Below, piece by piece: positions 12,304 to 22,580 of a stretch of DNA of 64,000 bases. The notes under the pieces are model-generated. The model ran no database searches. It worked only from the letters and a program-made list of their open reading frames with translations, and was not told the origin of the DNA. Each line of letters opens with the position of its first letter. The stretch's first letter is position 1. The position numbers and the translations under genes are program-made. This stretch comes from Kondoa subrosea (taxonomy: Eukaryota), in assembly GCA_039545335.1 (NCBI GenBank), contig BCIN01000001.1, forward strand, positions 1,038,604-1,102,603. Direction: 5' to 3'.

Positions 12304-15300
12304 TTATGCAGGTAGATTAGGGAACAAGGATGCTGGATGAGTGAGGGTACCCAGATGACGAAGAAGCGCAGGTGGAAGAATCGAGAGACCAATTTGTACA
12401 GAAGAGTTCTAGTGAGAAACGTCAGGAAAGCTTTGCTGTGACAGAATCAAGACCGACGGTCCAGCCAAAGCCTTCTTTGTTGAGGTATCGGAAATCGAGA
12501 CCTTGGTTCTGCAGGCAGCAGATGTCAGTCGGAAAGATTCTAATATCAGGTACTTACTCCGTATTCGGCTAGCAGCAACAAATCAGTTGTCGTCTCGTGT
12601 ATTCAGGATAGGCGTACCGGTAACGAAATGAGACATAGCAACTGCATCGACCTTTTCTGGGATGACACCATTGTAATCGCTGAGATCCAGAGTGATAGAA
12701 ATCAGCACTATAGACTGATCAAGTGAGATCACACTCACACAAAGCCTTTGGTCAGCATGTAGCACCATCGATAAGCCAGACGTTGTGCTACATCGGTGTA
12801 GCCATATCTGTCAAGGGCGATCCAAGCTAGAACTGCATTCGACATCAGCTAGAGCTTTCATCGACGTCTGTAGACCCACTTTGGTGTGGTGGCCATGCAG
12901 TACTGAGCTAATATAAGCTTCGATCAGGCAGAAAGCACTTCACTTACGGATAATCCCATCTGAAGTTAGGTATAAGTTCCCCGTCCAAGCTTTATCATGT
13001 CAGACTCACTGTCGATTTGGTCTGTCTAGACTAATAGGACCTCTCGACTCTTCAGTCCCAGGAACAAGGCCTGGAAGATCAGTCAGCACTGTCCGGCGCC
13101 TGCCCGATCTCGTATTCACCTCCTGCAACTTCGAACTTTGGCAGAGCATGCTTCATCATCTTCGCGGCTTGCTGTTCCGATGCTGCGCCTGCCCACATCG
13201 CCCAAAAGCAGGTGACAGATTCATAGAGACCACGCTTCTCCTTTGCTGTATCGTAATCGACATACATGCCTTTTCCAGCGTCCCATCTATGCGTAGCATG
13301 CCAACGCATTAGCCAAGGCTAATGACGTCCCATTTTTACGCACAGATAATGATCCATAAGCTGCCTTCGTCTCGTCGCTCTCGCTACCCATTCAGAAGAA
13401 GTTTGTTTTGCGCCCATACTTCTTCTGCCGCTCAGCTTGAGCGAGTCGAAGTCGAGTGCATCCGGCGAGTCAGTTGTAGCCGCGTTGAAAGGAACTGCAG
13501 TGCCGAAAGGGAAAGACTGAAGTTCAAAATCCTCTTCTAGCTCCAGCGAGTCATTGAAGTGTTCCTTGATGGTGTAAGCAATATCACATTCATACTTGAA
13601 AAGTAGAGAATTGAGATCAATAGTAGCCAAGTTCGCACACTTCTTCTCGAATCGATAGGTAGCTGTCAAATCAGAACATCGTGTTAGCCGAACCTACCAG
13701 GAGAGCTCCTCCACTGACTGTCATGTCCACTTTCTCGCACAGCTCGGTCATGCATGAAATAGATGTCCAACTCAGGCTCATGAACTTCGCCATCATTGTA
13801 CTTCTGCACAAACTCGTTCTGCCGAGCAAGATTAGTATTTGCATTCCGGCCAAACGATATACTGACTACCGCAATACCGTGCTTTTGAGCATATGGCATA
13901 AGAATATGAGTGAAGTGTCTGTTCAAGGGACGGCCACAATATCAGCTAAAAGCCTGAAATTCGTAGCCCCGGACTGACGATGCCTCAGTTTCCGACGGCA
14001 CGCCCAGACCTGTGCATCGCGGATGGGAAATAAGTAAGCGACGAATCGCACGCATCGCCCATCAAACGCACCATCTGGACGATACCGCGACAAACCAGTC
14101 TTGGGATCTAATCGAGGTTCCGAAACCCAAACTTCATGATACTCCTTAATAGCAGCCTGGATGGCTCGTTTCAGCCAAGCCTTGTTTTCAGTTTCCTTCT
14201 TTGGATCTAGACGGCCGTAGATTTGTAGAGCGAACTGTAAAATCGAAATGCCAATGATCAGCTCGCTAGAAATTTGACACGTCAAAACCTACATCCGTGA
14301 GGAAAGGAGGTTGACTTCTACATAAGTAGCTGGATGACATATGAGCTCCGAGTTCAGCACGTGTATGAAACAGACTTGCTATGATCTATTCCCGTTCAGA
14401 ATCTTGCCATAATGCTTGATTTGGAAGATAAAGTGATCGACAATGCCTTTTGCTAGGTCAATACGACCGTCCACTATCAGGCCGAGCGAAATGAAGTAGG
14501 AATCCTGATGTTGAGAATTCAGCTTTAGAAGAAGTGAAACAGGCAGCAGGTCGGATTTACCCAATTGTACAGCTGTGAGAGGAGGAAGGTGATTAGACGA
14601 TATTGACCGAATCACTGTGACCACTCACTTCATTGAAGCGAGCACCGCTAGGAGGATTTTACATTCAGCTGGGATCAACCGGAATCGATCGGATAAGAAC
14701 AGACTCACGGCACCACAAAGGGAATCCCTTGCATCTCAGTCGTTCCATCTGCCTTCTTGATCTTGTTCATAGCAAGGGCAAGGATCCCTGGCTTATCATT
14801 CAAGTTCTTCACGTATTGGGCATCAAAGTTTTTGGGCAAAAGATCGACTTGTAAATTGATATGAGGTTTCGCTTTAGCCATATCAAGATAGTACTGGTAC
14901 ATCTCCAGTTCGTCTTCAGGTACGTAGATTCGAGGAGATTGGTTCGCTGTTGTGTTCTTTGGGTCGGCGCAAATGATTTCTAGACCTTGTGCATCAATCC
15001 GACGAGTGAGACCATCCCAGAATGAAGTTCGAATCATGCGAGATAAGCGAGTGACTGGATTTTCTGAAAGACGAGATTCGTGCAGGATGATTGTCTTTCG
15101 ACCGTGATCTTTCGCCAGCGCTAATTCTTGCAGAAGAACTGAAAGCATCCAATTGCCTCGAACTGAATGCAATCTGAGCAAAGAATCTCGTCGTACAGGA
15201 ATAGATAACAGACTGTCAAAAGACTTGAAGCCATTACTGGTTGCAGTGCCGACCGAGAAGACTTTTGGTCCAGCATCTGTAATACAGATCTGTTGGATCC

Positions 15301-15883
15301 ATTCATATTAAGTCGGCATAGACTTAAAGCTTCTTTGCCGAACAAACCTGGAAACTGCCCATATATTCAGATCATATGACCGCTAGCTCTCGAGTAACAG
15401 AACTCACTCCCCATCTGTATCTTCTTGTTCCAGTACGAGCCGCAGTGTAGAGTCGACCTGCATTACGTGTAAGCTTGTTTAACGAATCAGATAACTTTGG
15501 ACCATACATCTATCAGGAATTTACGGGGTTTGATCGGCTGCTCGTCTGTCAGGTAGCATAAGCATAGTCAGTTCTGTCACAAAGAGCATAGGTAGTGCAA
15601 GATCTAGGCTACAGACGCGAATGTCGAAGAATCGCTCTGGAAACAACAAGACAACTCCTGCAAATGAGGGCTCACCGTGAGAGAGACGTCTGCTACGCCT
15701 GACAGATTCTCCTTCGAAATGTCTCTTGCCGTGCAATTGACCACCGCTGACTGATTGAGTGCGAGTCTTCCATTCAGAGTGTTTCGAATGATTGTAATAA
15801 TGTTTGCCCTCAGCTAGAGCATCGTCTTCGCTGTATTCAGACGCGCCAGATCCATATCTGCCGTGTCCACTGAGTGCAGCCAT
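12304..15883 (-). CDS. NTH1: Neutral trehalase (GH37), many introns including ~11-12 nt microexons
   Basis: [80 protein letters not shown]. Confidence 0.95.
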
Positions 15884-16061
15884 GGGTCTAAGGAAGCTTC
15901 TTCTACTCGGTCGTACGTGAGACAAAGACACAACTTTGAGAAGTGGTCATCGCGTTTGGACAAACATCAAGCCAAGGATTATGGGCAGTGACATCAGACT
16001 GCAGTGCTACTATTGCTATTATCCTTCCGGGTATTGGCACCGCAAGAAACAACGCATGCTT

Positions 16062-16718
16062 TCAGCGCCTGCCTGCTCGTGCGCGTTCCAGGCGAGCTTC
16101 TAGCATCAGGTCGACTGCCGCTTCTGAAGCCTCCTGTTCAAATAACTTTACGCCTTCACGAGAGAAGCCCTGCGATTGGGCAATTGTCTTTTGAATCCAT
16201 TTGAGATAGTGTGCTCGCAGAATTTGGTTTGCAGCGGTTCCGGAGACGGAGAAGGTGGGTTCGAGATTATATTCGACATCTTGTTCGAATGACTCGAACG
16301 TAAAGGTTTCTTCCCGAATGGACTGGGATACTAGGTGTATGTAAATCGGTTCTGTAGCCTGCTTGAAGCCAGACTGGGCCCAAGCTTGATACCATATCTT
16401 GATGGCTGACATCTCTTGGTCTGCAGATACATTGTGTGGTCGACCACCCAGACGTTGCACCTCACGCTTCACGCCATCAAGAAAAGCTTGTGACTTTGTC
16501 GCATGTGCCTTGATTGCCTCAGCAGCTGATTGAGCAAAGCAGGCACGCGCTTCTGTTTTAGAGCCATATTTGGTCCAATTCTGCAGAGCGATGTTCATTA
16601 AGGTCTGGTGACCAGTGTCAGTCAAGAGACCTTTCGGCATGTTTGGCATTTGCGTCAATATGTGGTATACAGCTGTTGTAAAGGCGTTGGCGTTGGACGG
16701 CGTGGTAGATGTAGGCAT
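16062..16718 (-). CDS. Orphan hypothetical protein (~218 aa from Met 16718; upstream intron ~16849-16907 suggests more 5' exons)
   Basis: Uninterrupted ORF 16062..16877; no family motif recognised. Confidence 0.5.
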   Translation of the reverse strand: MPTSTTPSNANAFTTAVYHILTQMPNMPKGLLTDTGHQTLMNIALQNWTKYGSKTEARACFAQSAAEAIKAHATKSQAFLDGVKREVQRLGGRPHNVSADQEMSAIKIWYQAWAQSGFKQATEPIYIHLVSQSIREETFTFESFEQDVEYNLEPTFSVSGTAANQILRAHYLKWIQKTIAQSQGFSREGVKLFEQEASEAAVDLMLEARLERARAGRR

Positions 16719-17259
16719 GATGCCGATGAAAGGAATTGAAGTTCCGTCGATATTCCAAAGGTCTGTCAGAAGCAGCTGTGAGCCACGAAGGTATCTCAGA
16801 CAAGTCAGTATACCTGAGAAGGATGATTTACGATTGATAAGCGAATTCCTGCAAGCAAGCAGAAGCATAATCAGCATTACGGAATATCAAATATTGCCTC
16901 GCAGTACCTCAAGCAATAGCAGCGAGTCGGGAATATGTACGTAGGCAAATCGGGGCCTGGGCCGATGTTTAAGAGAGGCAGAAGAGAGAAGAACAGCTCG
17001 AAAATGAGCTCAATTGCAACGCACAAAGGGAATCGAGAGACAGGCAGAATTGTTGAGACGCATCATATTGGGACAGAAGAGGCTGCTGGAAGCAGCAAAT
17101 CGCTTCTCGATAATAGCAAGCACTAATTAGACCGAGTTTCACCCCTTCATCTGATGCTGGTATTGGTCAATAGCAGAATACGTATCACAGATGAGGCTCC
17201 ACTGCCAACGGCGCTGTCGATACGGTCGAGACGCGCAAGAAGCACATAGAACCGTTCAC

Positions 17260-17743
17260 CCTGCGAACAGCACTCGTCGAGGCAATTGGCGTCTCGGCGT
17301 TCATGGCTGGAGGTTGATGGATATACAAGCCAAATAGCTCCTCGCCGCGTCTGAGTTCGTGGTATTGAGTTGCTGGGATAGGACAAGCCTTCGAAATAAT
17401 TTTGATCTGCTTGGAGTCGAACGGTCATGTGGTGTGGATATGCCCTGTCAAGCTATACCTAAGGCCAATCTCAATTGTATTGGACCGTCTGCACATCTCC
17501 GCCTTGCAAGAAAATCACTGCCTTAGCGAAATTTCATGCATGACTGGCAGAATGGCTTTGACGTGAGCTGTCGTGTGCTGGACTGCTGTTTTCCTTATCC
17601 GTTCGCAACTCTATTGGCAGTTATTGCACTGAACTCCGTTCGTTATGCGCTCAGGATTCTGTGATCTATGTCGCAACCTCAACTAGCAATGAGAAGTCTC
17701 TTGTCTTCTGTATCACGTCCAAAGAAGCCGCTCAAATTCATCT
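17260..17743. repeat. Diverged distal part of left inverted-repeat arm (reverse complement of ~41725-42223: TRM6 upstream region and first 15 codons)
   Basis: Collinear reverse-complement match by eye, roughly 70-80% identity; encodes MNAETPIASTSAVRR versus TRM6 MSAETPVASTSDVRR. Confidence 0.9.
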
Positions 17744-17849
17744 AATTGCGTTATCTATAAGTGTCATGGGTCTCAGCAACAGCTACAGAATGCTTGCGAT
17801 CGATCGTCACATCGTCAGAGTGCCTCAGCTCTTTGCACCGCTCGAATGG

Positions 17850-18556
17850 CAGGAAGCACTACGCAGCTCAATTTGAAAAGTGTCCTCACTCCGCAGCGGC
17901 GAGATTTGTGGTCAATAAAAAGGGTTTTGCCTTTCTCTTCCCTTCTTCTCAATCGTCAACTATTCATCAAGTCTTGAACTCTGTAGCCTGGTCATCAATG
18001 GCTTGCTTCGTCAACGCTGTCAAACCTTCTTGCTCTTTTTCAGGGAGAAGATGGTTTCTGGTCTGTCCTGGAGAGGTATTTCCTGATTGAGCTCTTGAGA
18101 TTGCTTTGGAGTGACCATAGCTTCAAGTAGAGAGTCTGGATCTCTACTTCATGCTGAGAAGGAAACCTTGATGTATCAAGTGTTTCCCATATTCGATTGG
18201 ACGAAAGACGGCTTTTCCAAGAAGAACGGATTCTTTGACTTCATTCCGCTGGGGGCACGTGGTCTTTATATTTCACAGGCTGTAATGCGCACAGCTTTGA
18301 TGTCAAAGATGTCAAGGACCCGTTCTTCTACCTCGTCTGTGAGCCTTGTGAGCAAGTGCCCTTCGAAAGGAATGTTCGAAACTATGGGAATTGGTTTGCT
18401 GAGATAGTAAGCTCTTCCTTATCTTTGATCAATATGTCTTGTCTACAGTTCTGATCTAATATCCCGCTTCCTCTTCTTTTCGTCTTCTGCAGCGCTGTAA
18501 CTACTACAATCAATTGTCGCTACAATCAATTGCTTCTTCTTCAGTCGGACCATCTT
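17850..18556 (-). pseudogene. Possible degenerate gene fragments
   Basis: Protein-like stretches (SNIPFEGHLLTRLTDEVEERVLDIFDIKAVRIT; PEKEQEGLTALTKQAIDDQATEFK) broken by stops and frame changes. Confidence 0.25.
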
Positions 18557-18971
18557 ATAAGGAAAGAGAGAGCATGAGCCAACACAGTTAGTGTCGAGAG
18601 GAGAGACATGATGTGAGACTTCAAATTGGTTGCGAGCTGGAATGAAAGTGGGCACGTCATTCAGGGCGATCAGCAAGCATGAGTTCGTTCTGTTGTAACC
18701 GTCAGCATTAGAGTCATATGTTCAGTTCATTAGACACTTATGGACTTGGGAGCCTTCGCTTGTTTCAGTACAACCAACTGGCTCCTTGGACTACTGCCAC
18801 TCGTAACTACAGCAGCGCGGGGCCGTGGTCTCTGTCTACATCGCTCGATTGTCTGTCCACCTGTCTGACTTGCTCTTCAGAACTCTTACGTAAGATCTGT
18901 TGCATCGCAAAGTCGCAGCCTCAAGCGATCCTTACTCCGCATATTTCTACGCGCTGCAATCTTCTGCCGTC

Positions 18972-20399
18972 ATGTCAGATGATCACGAGGCTGATCCTGT
19001 TTTCCCGCTCGAGTTGCTGTTTAAGATAGCTCGGATGGCTTTGCAGAGGGAAGGTTCCTGGGAATGTAAGAGTCGGTATATCTCGTATGGTCATCTCTGG
19101 CTGATGTTTACTGACCAGGTGCTCTCGTCGCCAACCCGAAGTGGCCTACTTCGACCGTGCGAGCGGACGAATTGGACTTCATTTCGAAGCTGGTCAGGTG
19201 CGTGTCTTACTGTTCGTGTGCAAGTACTGTCTTACACACGTCTTAGAGTGGATCATGCTTTCAATCAAGAATTCTCATCCTTACTTTACCGTTACATCGG
19301 CTTCAAAGACGCAGAGCATATCTCACAGGCAATGGACAGCGCACATTTGCAATATACGAAGACACTTTACATCTGCTTAGACTGTACGGCGGAGGAGGCC
19401 TTTGAAAATGCTCTCCAGCTGATAGTCAAACTCCTTGGCAACGTTACTTCTCTTGCCTTCTTTGAAGTTCTCTTGCTCCCTACATGGCGATGCGATGACG
19501 CAGAAAAAGATCAATATCTGGAGCGACTATCGTCTGCATTGAGACCGGCATTACAGCCTCAGGTCTCTGGCGTATGGGCTACTGATCGATACTGGTCTGC
19601 ATTTGTTGATGGCAGACTGCGCCTGGATCTTTCAGACCTGCAACTGAAGGAGGGTTCCCTTGTCACCTTTCCAGATCATGTAGCACGGTCCAAGCAGATA
19701 GACATCCCTTGCGCGCTAATTATCGACGATGTTTATAAGCATTGTACGGCGAAGACTCTTCCACTCCTTCCATCAGCTCTGCGTGTCGATATTCATGAGC
19801 TGGACGGACGCTTCGCTGAGGTTCTGACCGAATTATCACCACATATCACTGACCTCCGCCTCGGTAGCGATATTCCGTATCCACTTCTGCCGTCACCGGA
19901 CACCTACATCTCCCTCAAATCCGTATCAGTACATATCAACATATCTGACGACCGTTGGACTCTCTGTCACGTCCTTCAAGATTTGTCTGGTACACTCGTC
20001 AATTTGGATCTCTATTTCGACGGCTTCCTTTTAGGTGGTTTGCTCATCTTTCAGCATATGCTTGCCTTCGAACCAGATCGCTATCTGCGACGCTTAGAAA
20101 ATCTTCGCATCCATGTAGCCATATCAGGCTGGTCTGAAGATTCGAAAGACGACAGGACCGGTATACATCTTTGTGCAGTCTGGATAGAGGATGTCGGACA
20201 CGATTCCTGGTTGTACCCGGAGACATCACCTACTTTTGGCATTCGAGAGGAAAGCAAGAGATCCAGTGATGAATGGCTCGGGTTGATGAGGGATGAGAGT
20301 ACTGGAAGCCAGTCATTACTGCCATTGAAGGAGGATGTTATTGTCAATTGGCTAGCTACTGGAAGAAGCGGGATGTCACTTGCAGCTTTACTGGCCTAG
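18972..20399 (+). CDS. F-box-like protein, probably lineage-specific; 3' end may extend to an acidic exon ending 20637
   Basis: 499-aa ORF; MSDDHEADPVFPLELLFKIARM F-box-like start; probable in-frame intron ~19066-19119; LRR-like LxxLxL segments. Confidence 0.55.
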   Translation: MSDDHEADPVFPLELLFKIARMALQREGSWECKSRYISYGHLWLMFTDQVLSSPTRSGLLRPCERTNWTSFRSWSGACLTVRVQVLSYTRLRVDHAFNQEFSSLLYRYIGFKDAEHISQAMDSAHLQYTKTLYICLDCTAEEAFENALQLIVKLLGNVTSLAFFEVLLLPTWRCDDAEKDQYLERLSSALRPALQPQVSGVWATDRYWSAFVDGRLRLDLSDLQLKEGSLVTFPDHVARSKQIDIPCALIIDDVYKHCTAKTLPLLPSALRVDIHELDGRFAEVLTELSPHITDLRLGSDIPYPLLPSPDTYISLKSVSVHINISDDRWTLCHVLQDLSGTLVNLDLYFDGFLLGGLLIFQHMLAFEPDRYLRRLENLRIHVAISGWSEDSKDDRTGIHLCAVWIEDVGHDSWLYPETSPTFGIREESKRSSDEWLGLMRDESTGSQSLLPLKEDVIVNWLATGRSGMSLAALLA

Positions 20400-20949
20400 G
20401 CATTGGTGCAACTTTGCCCTTCTCCTATGAATATCCTGTTTGTCATCTTCTTTGTGTGAACTTCGAGCGTGAGACTGACTTGCTTTGTAGACTTTCGGGC
20501 GATCAGAGTTCGCAACTAACCACTACGATGACTCAACAGATGACGAATCGTATGATGATTATGCGTATTCCAGCAACTCAGTTGGTGGTTCGAGCGATGG
20601 CTGGGAATCTGAAGTCAGTGACAGTGACAGTGACTAGAGCCCAGAGCTCGAAGTCGAAGAGAAACTCAAGCTAAAGCCAGCATCCCCTATGGGATGATGG
20701 CTTGGACATCAGCAGCGGTGTTTCAAGTTCTGCTGCTGTCCAAAATTTTAAACCTCTTCAAGCTTCGATTTATGCGTGTTCACTGTTTGTCTGTTTGGCT
20801 TGTCTGGCATGTTGCTTTAAGTCAATATGAATTTCGAGAAATACATGACAGGATAATGTACGGGCTGAAATTATGCATACTCTGTTTCTGCAACAAAAGA
20901 TACTGTGCAATATTTACTTGTACAATTAGCACNTNATCATGGATGTATA

Positions 20950-21780
20950 TTANGATTTGAACTCCTTCATGAAGTTCAGCAGTCTTTGTTCCAGCTTGCT
21001 CTTCTCTTCTTCGCTTATCTGAATTCCACTCAGTTCCGTTCGTAGTCCTGGGACATATGATCAGCGAATTTTGCACTCCTGAAGAAAGACTCACCTCTTG
21101 TAAAGGAGTCGAACGGCATAGAGAAAGTAAAGGAGCTTGTCGGAACAGTACTTTCAGTTGCTAACGGTGAACCATTCATCGAATAAGCTTGAATAGGTTC
21201 ATTCTTCTTCGGCCTACTGATCGGTCTAGGTGTACGAGAAGAAGGTAATTGCGATGAAGTAGAAGGTAAAGGTTTGATAGCGAGATTGGGTTGGAAGCGT
21301 TTGGATTTAGGTAAAGCTGGAGAAGGAGGAACAGAAGCAGTCTCCTCTGGTCGTTTCCTGCTCGAATAGGTGCGTGAGTTCGTGCACAGCAGACGTGCAC
21401 AGAGAGACATACCGCTTCTTCGGACTCTGAGCTTCCACTTGCTCCTGATCCTTCATCGCCTGCTCCTTCACTTGAACCGATACTACACCTTCAGCAGCTC
21501 GCCGAACATCTCCATCATATAGCTCAAAGAAATCCTTGACCTTCATATTACGTAATGAAGCTGGCAAGCGCTGAGCTTCCGGATCAAGTCTTCTCCGCAA
21601 GTCAGACAGCATGGACTGCATCTGTCTTTGCAATTCTTCCCTTCTTGTAGCAGTCTCCAGCTCAAAATTGGCCAAAATCGACTCGGCCTGTTTCTTGGGC
21701 AAGCCAGTAGAAGTCAAATCTTGATGCTTGGAAGGGGAAGCGGCTGGATTAGCTGCTGCTTTCTTATTCTTTGGTCTCAT
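20950..21780 (-). CDS. Borealin/Nbl1-like chromosomal passenger complex subunit, copy L (3 exons, intact)
   Basis: ILANFELETATR..LRRRL..QRLPASLRNMKVKDFFELYDGD (Borealin N-terminal pattern) and SMNGSPL; spliced frame ends FKS-TAA. Confidence 0.75.
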
Positions 21781-22149
21781 GCTGTCTCGCTTTGCCGGAT
21801 TTACAAAAGTACAGCACTGTTTTGAAAAGACCTTCGCGTGATTTTGAGACGCGAACTCAAAAGTGAGGTAAGAAGATTGATTCAATGCCTTTCCATTGCA
21901 TGATATACAAGGCTAACAAGTCTAGTGGATAAAAGCAATAGAACGAGACACAGATTAAAGATTTATGCAGCATGTATGAAGGAAAGCTCTAATTCGATAC
22001 GAAAAGTGTCCTTGTTTTGCGTCTGTTGGCCCCTTTTCCACAACAGGACGAGAGCAGAGAACCCAAAGAGGAGCTTGTACACGGTATGCTTAGTCGTAAA
22101 AAGGTATGGACAGGAGGAGTATATTGATTGAGTTGAAGATGAGCCATTT

Positions 22150-22389
22150 TTACTTTTTCGCAATGACCTGAAAATAGTCAAGTCAGTTTCCAGATTTTGG
22201 CATAGTGACATTTGAAGAATCACCTCGAACTTCCCGAAACTGCAGGGAAAGAAGCATAATCAGTATATGTGGAAGAACATTAGAAAGCGCCAAACTCACT
22301 CTTCGGAACTCATGGCCCAGATAGCTGACAATCCTTCCAGGATAGAAGCAATTGGTTGAATGACAATAGCTGGCACAAGATGGAAGATG
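22150..22389 (-). pseudogene. Promoterless duplicate of the last exons and introns of the glycosyltransferase gene
   Basis: Identical to reverse complement of 40109-40348 (IFHLVPAIVIQP..FGKFE-VIAKK*). Confidence 0.9.
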
Positions 22390-22580
22390 CAGGAAGCAGT
22401 GCGGTGTAATATAGCTAGAGGTTTAGCAAGACGATACACGGATTGCAGAATGCTACTGCTGCGTGAAATAGTGCTCCAGTGACGCGCCAGAAACCGATAT
22501 TGGCCGTAATGAGCTGACCATGCATTGCATCAAAAGGGCGATTGCTCTTCAACCGCGAGGACGTGCTGCTTTGTGCAAAG

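Larger units (their letters stand above)
20794..22389. repeat. Left inverted-repeat arm, 1596 bp
   Basis: Reverse complement of 40109-41704; mirror coordinates sum to 62498 at both ends; identical ORF translations 21963..22223/40275..40535 and 21925..22131/40367..40573. Confidence 0.98.

Noticed and set aside
17023..17031. ACAAAGGGA, matching the Ustilago pheromone response element, upstream of the orphan gene
   Set aside because: Single occurrence, and the same 9-mer occurs inside NTH1 coding sequence (~14715); not distinguishable from chance.
21925..22223. ORFs of 68 and 86 aa found twice with identical sequence
   Set aside because: They span introns and the 3' UTR of the GT gene; by-products of the repeat, not genes.
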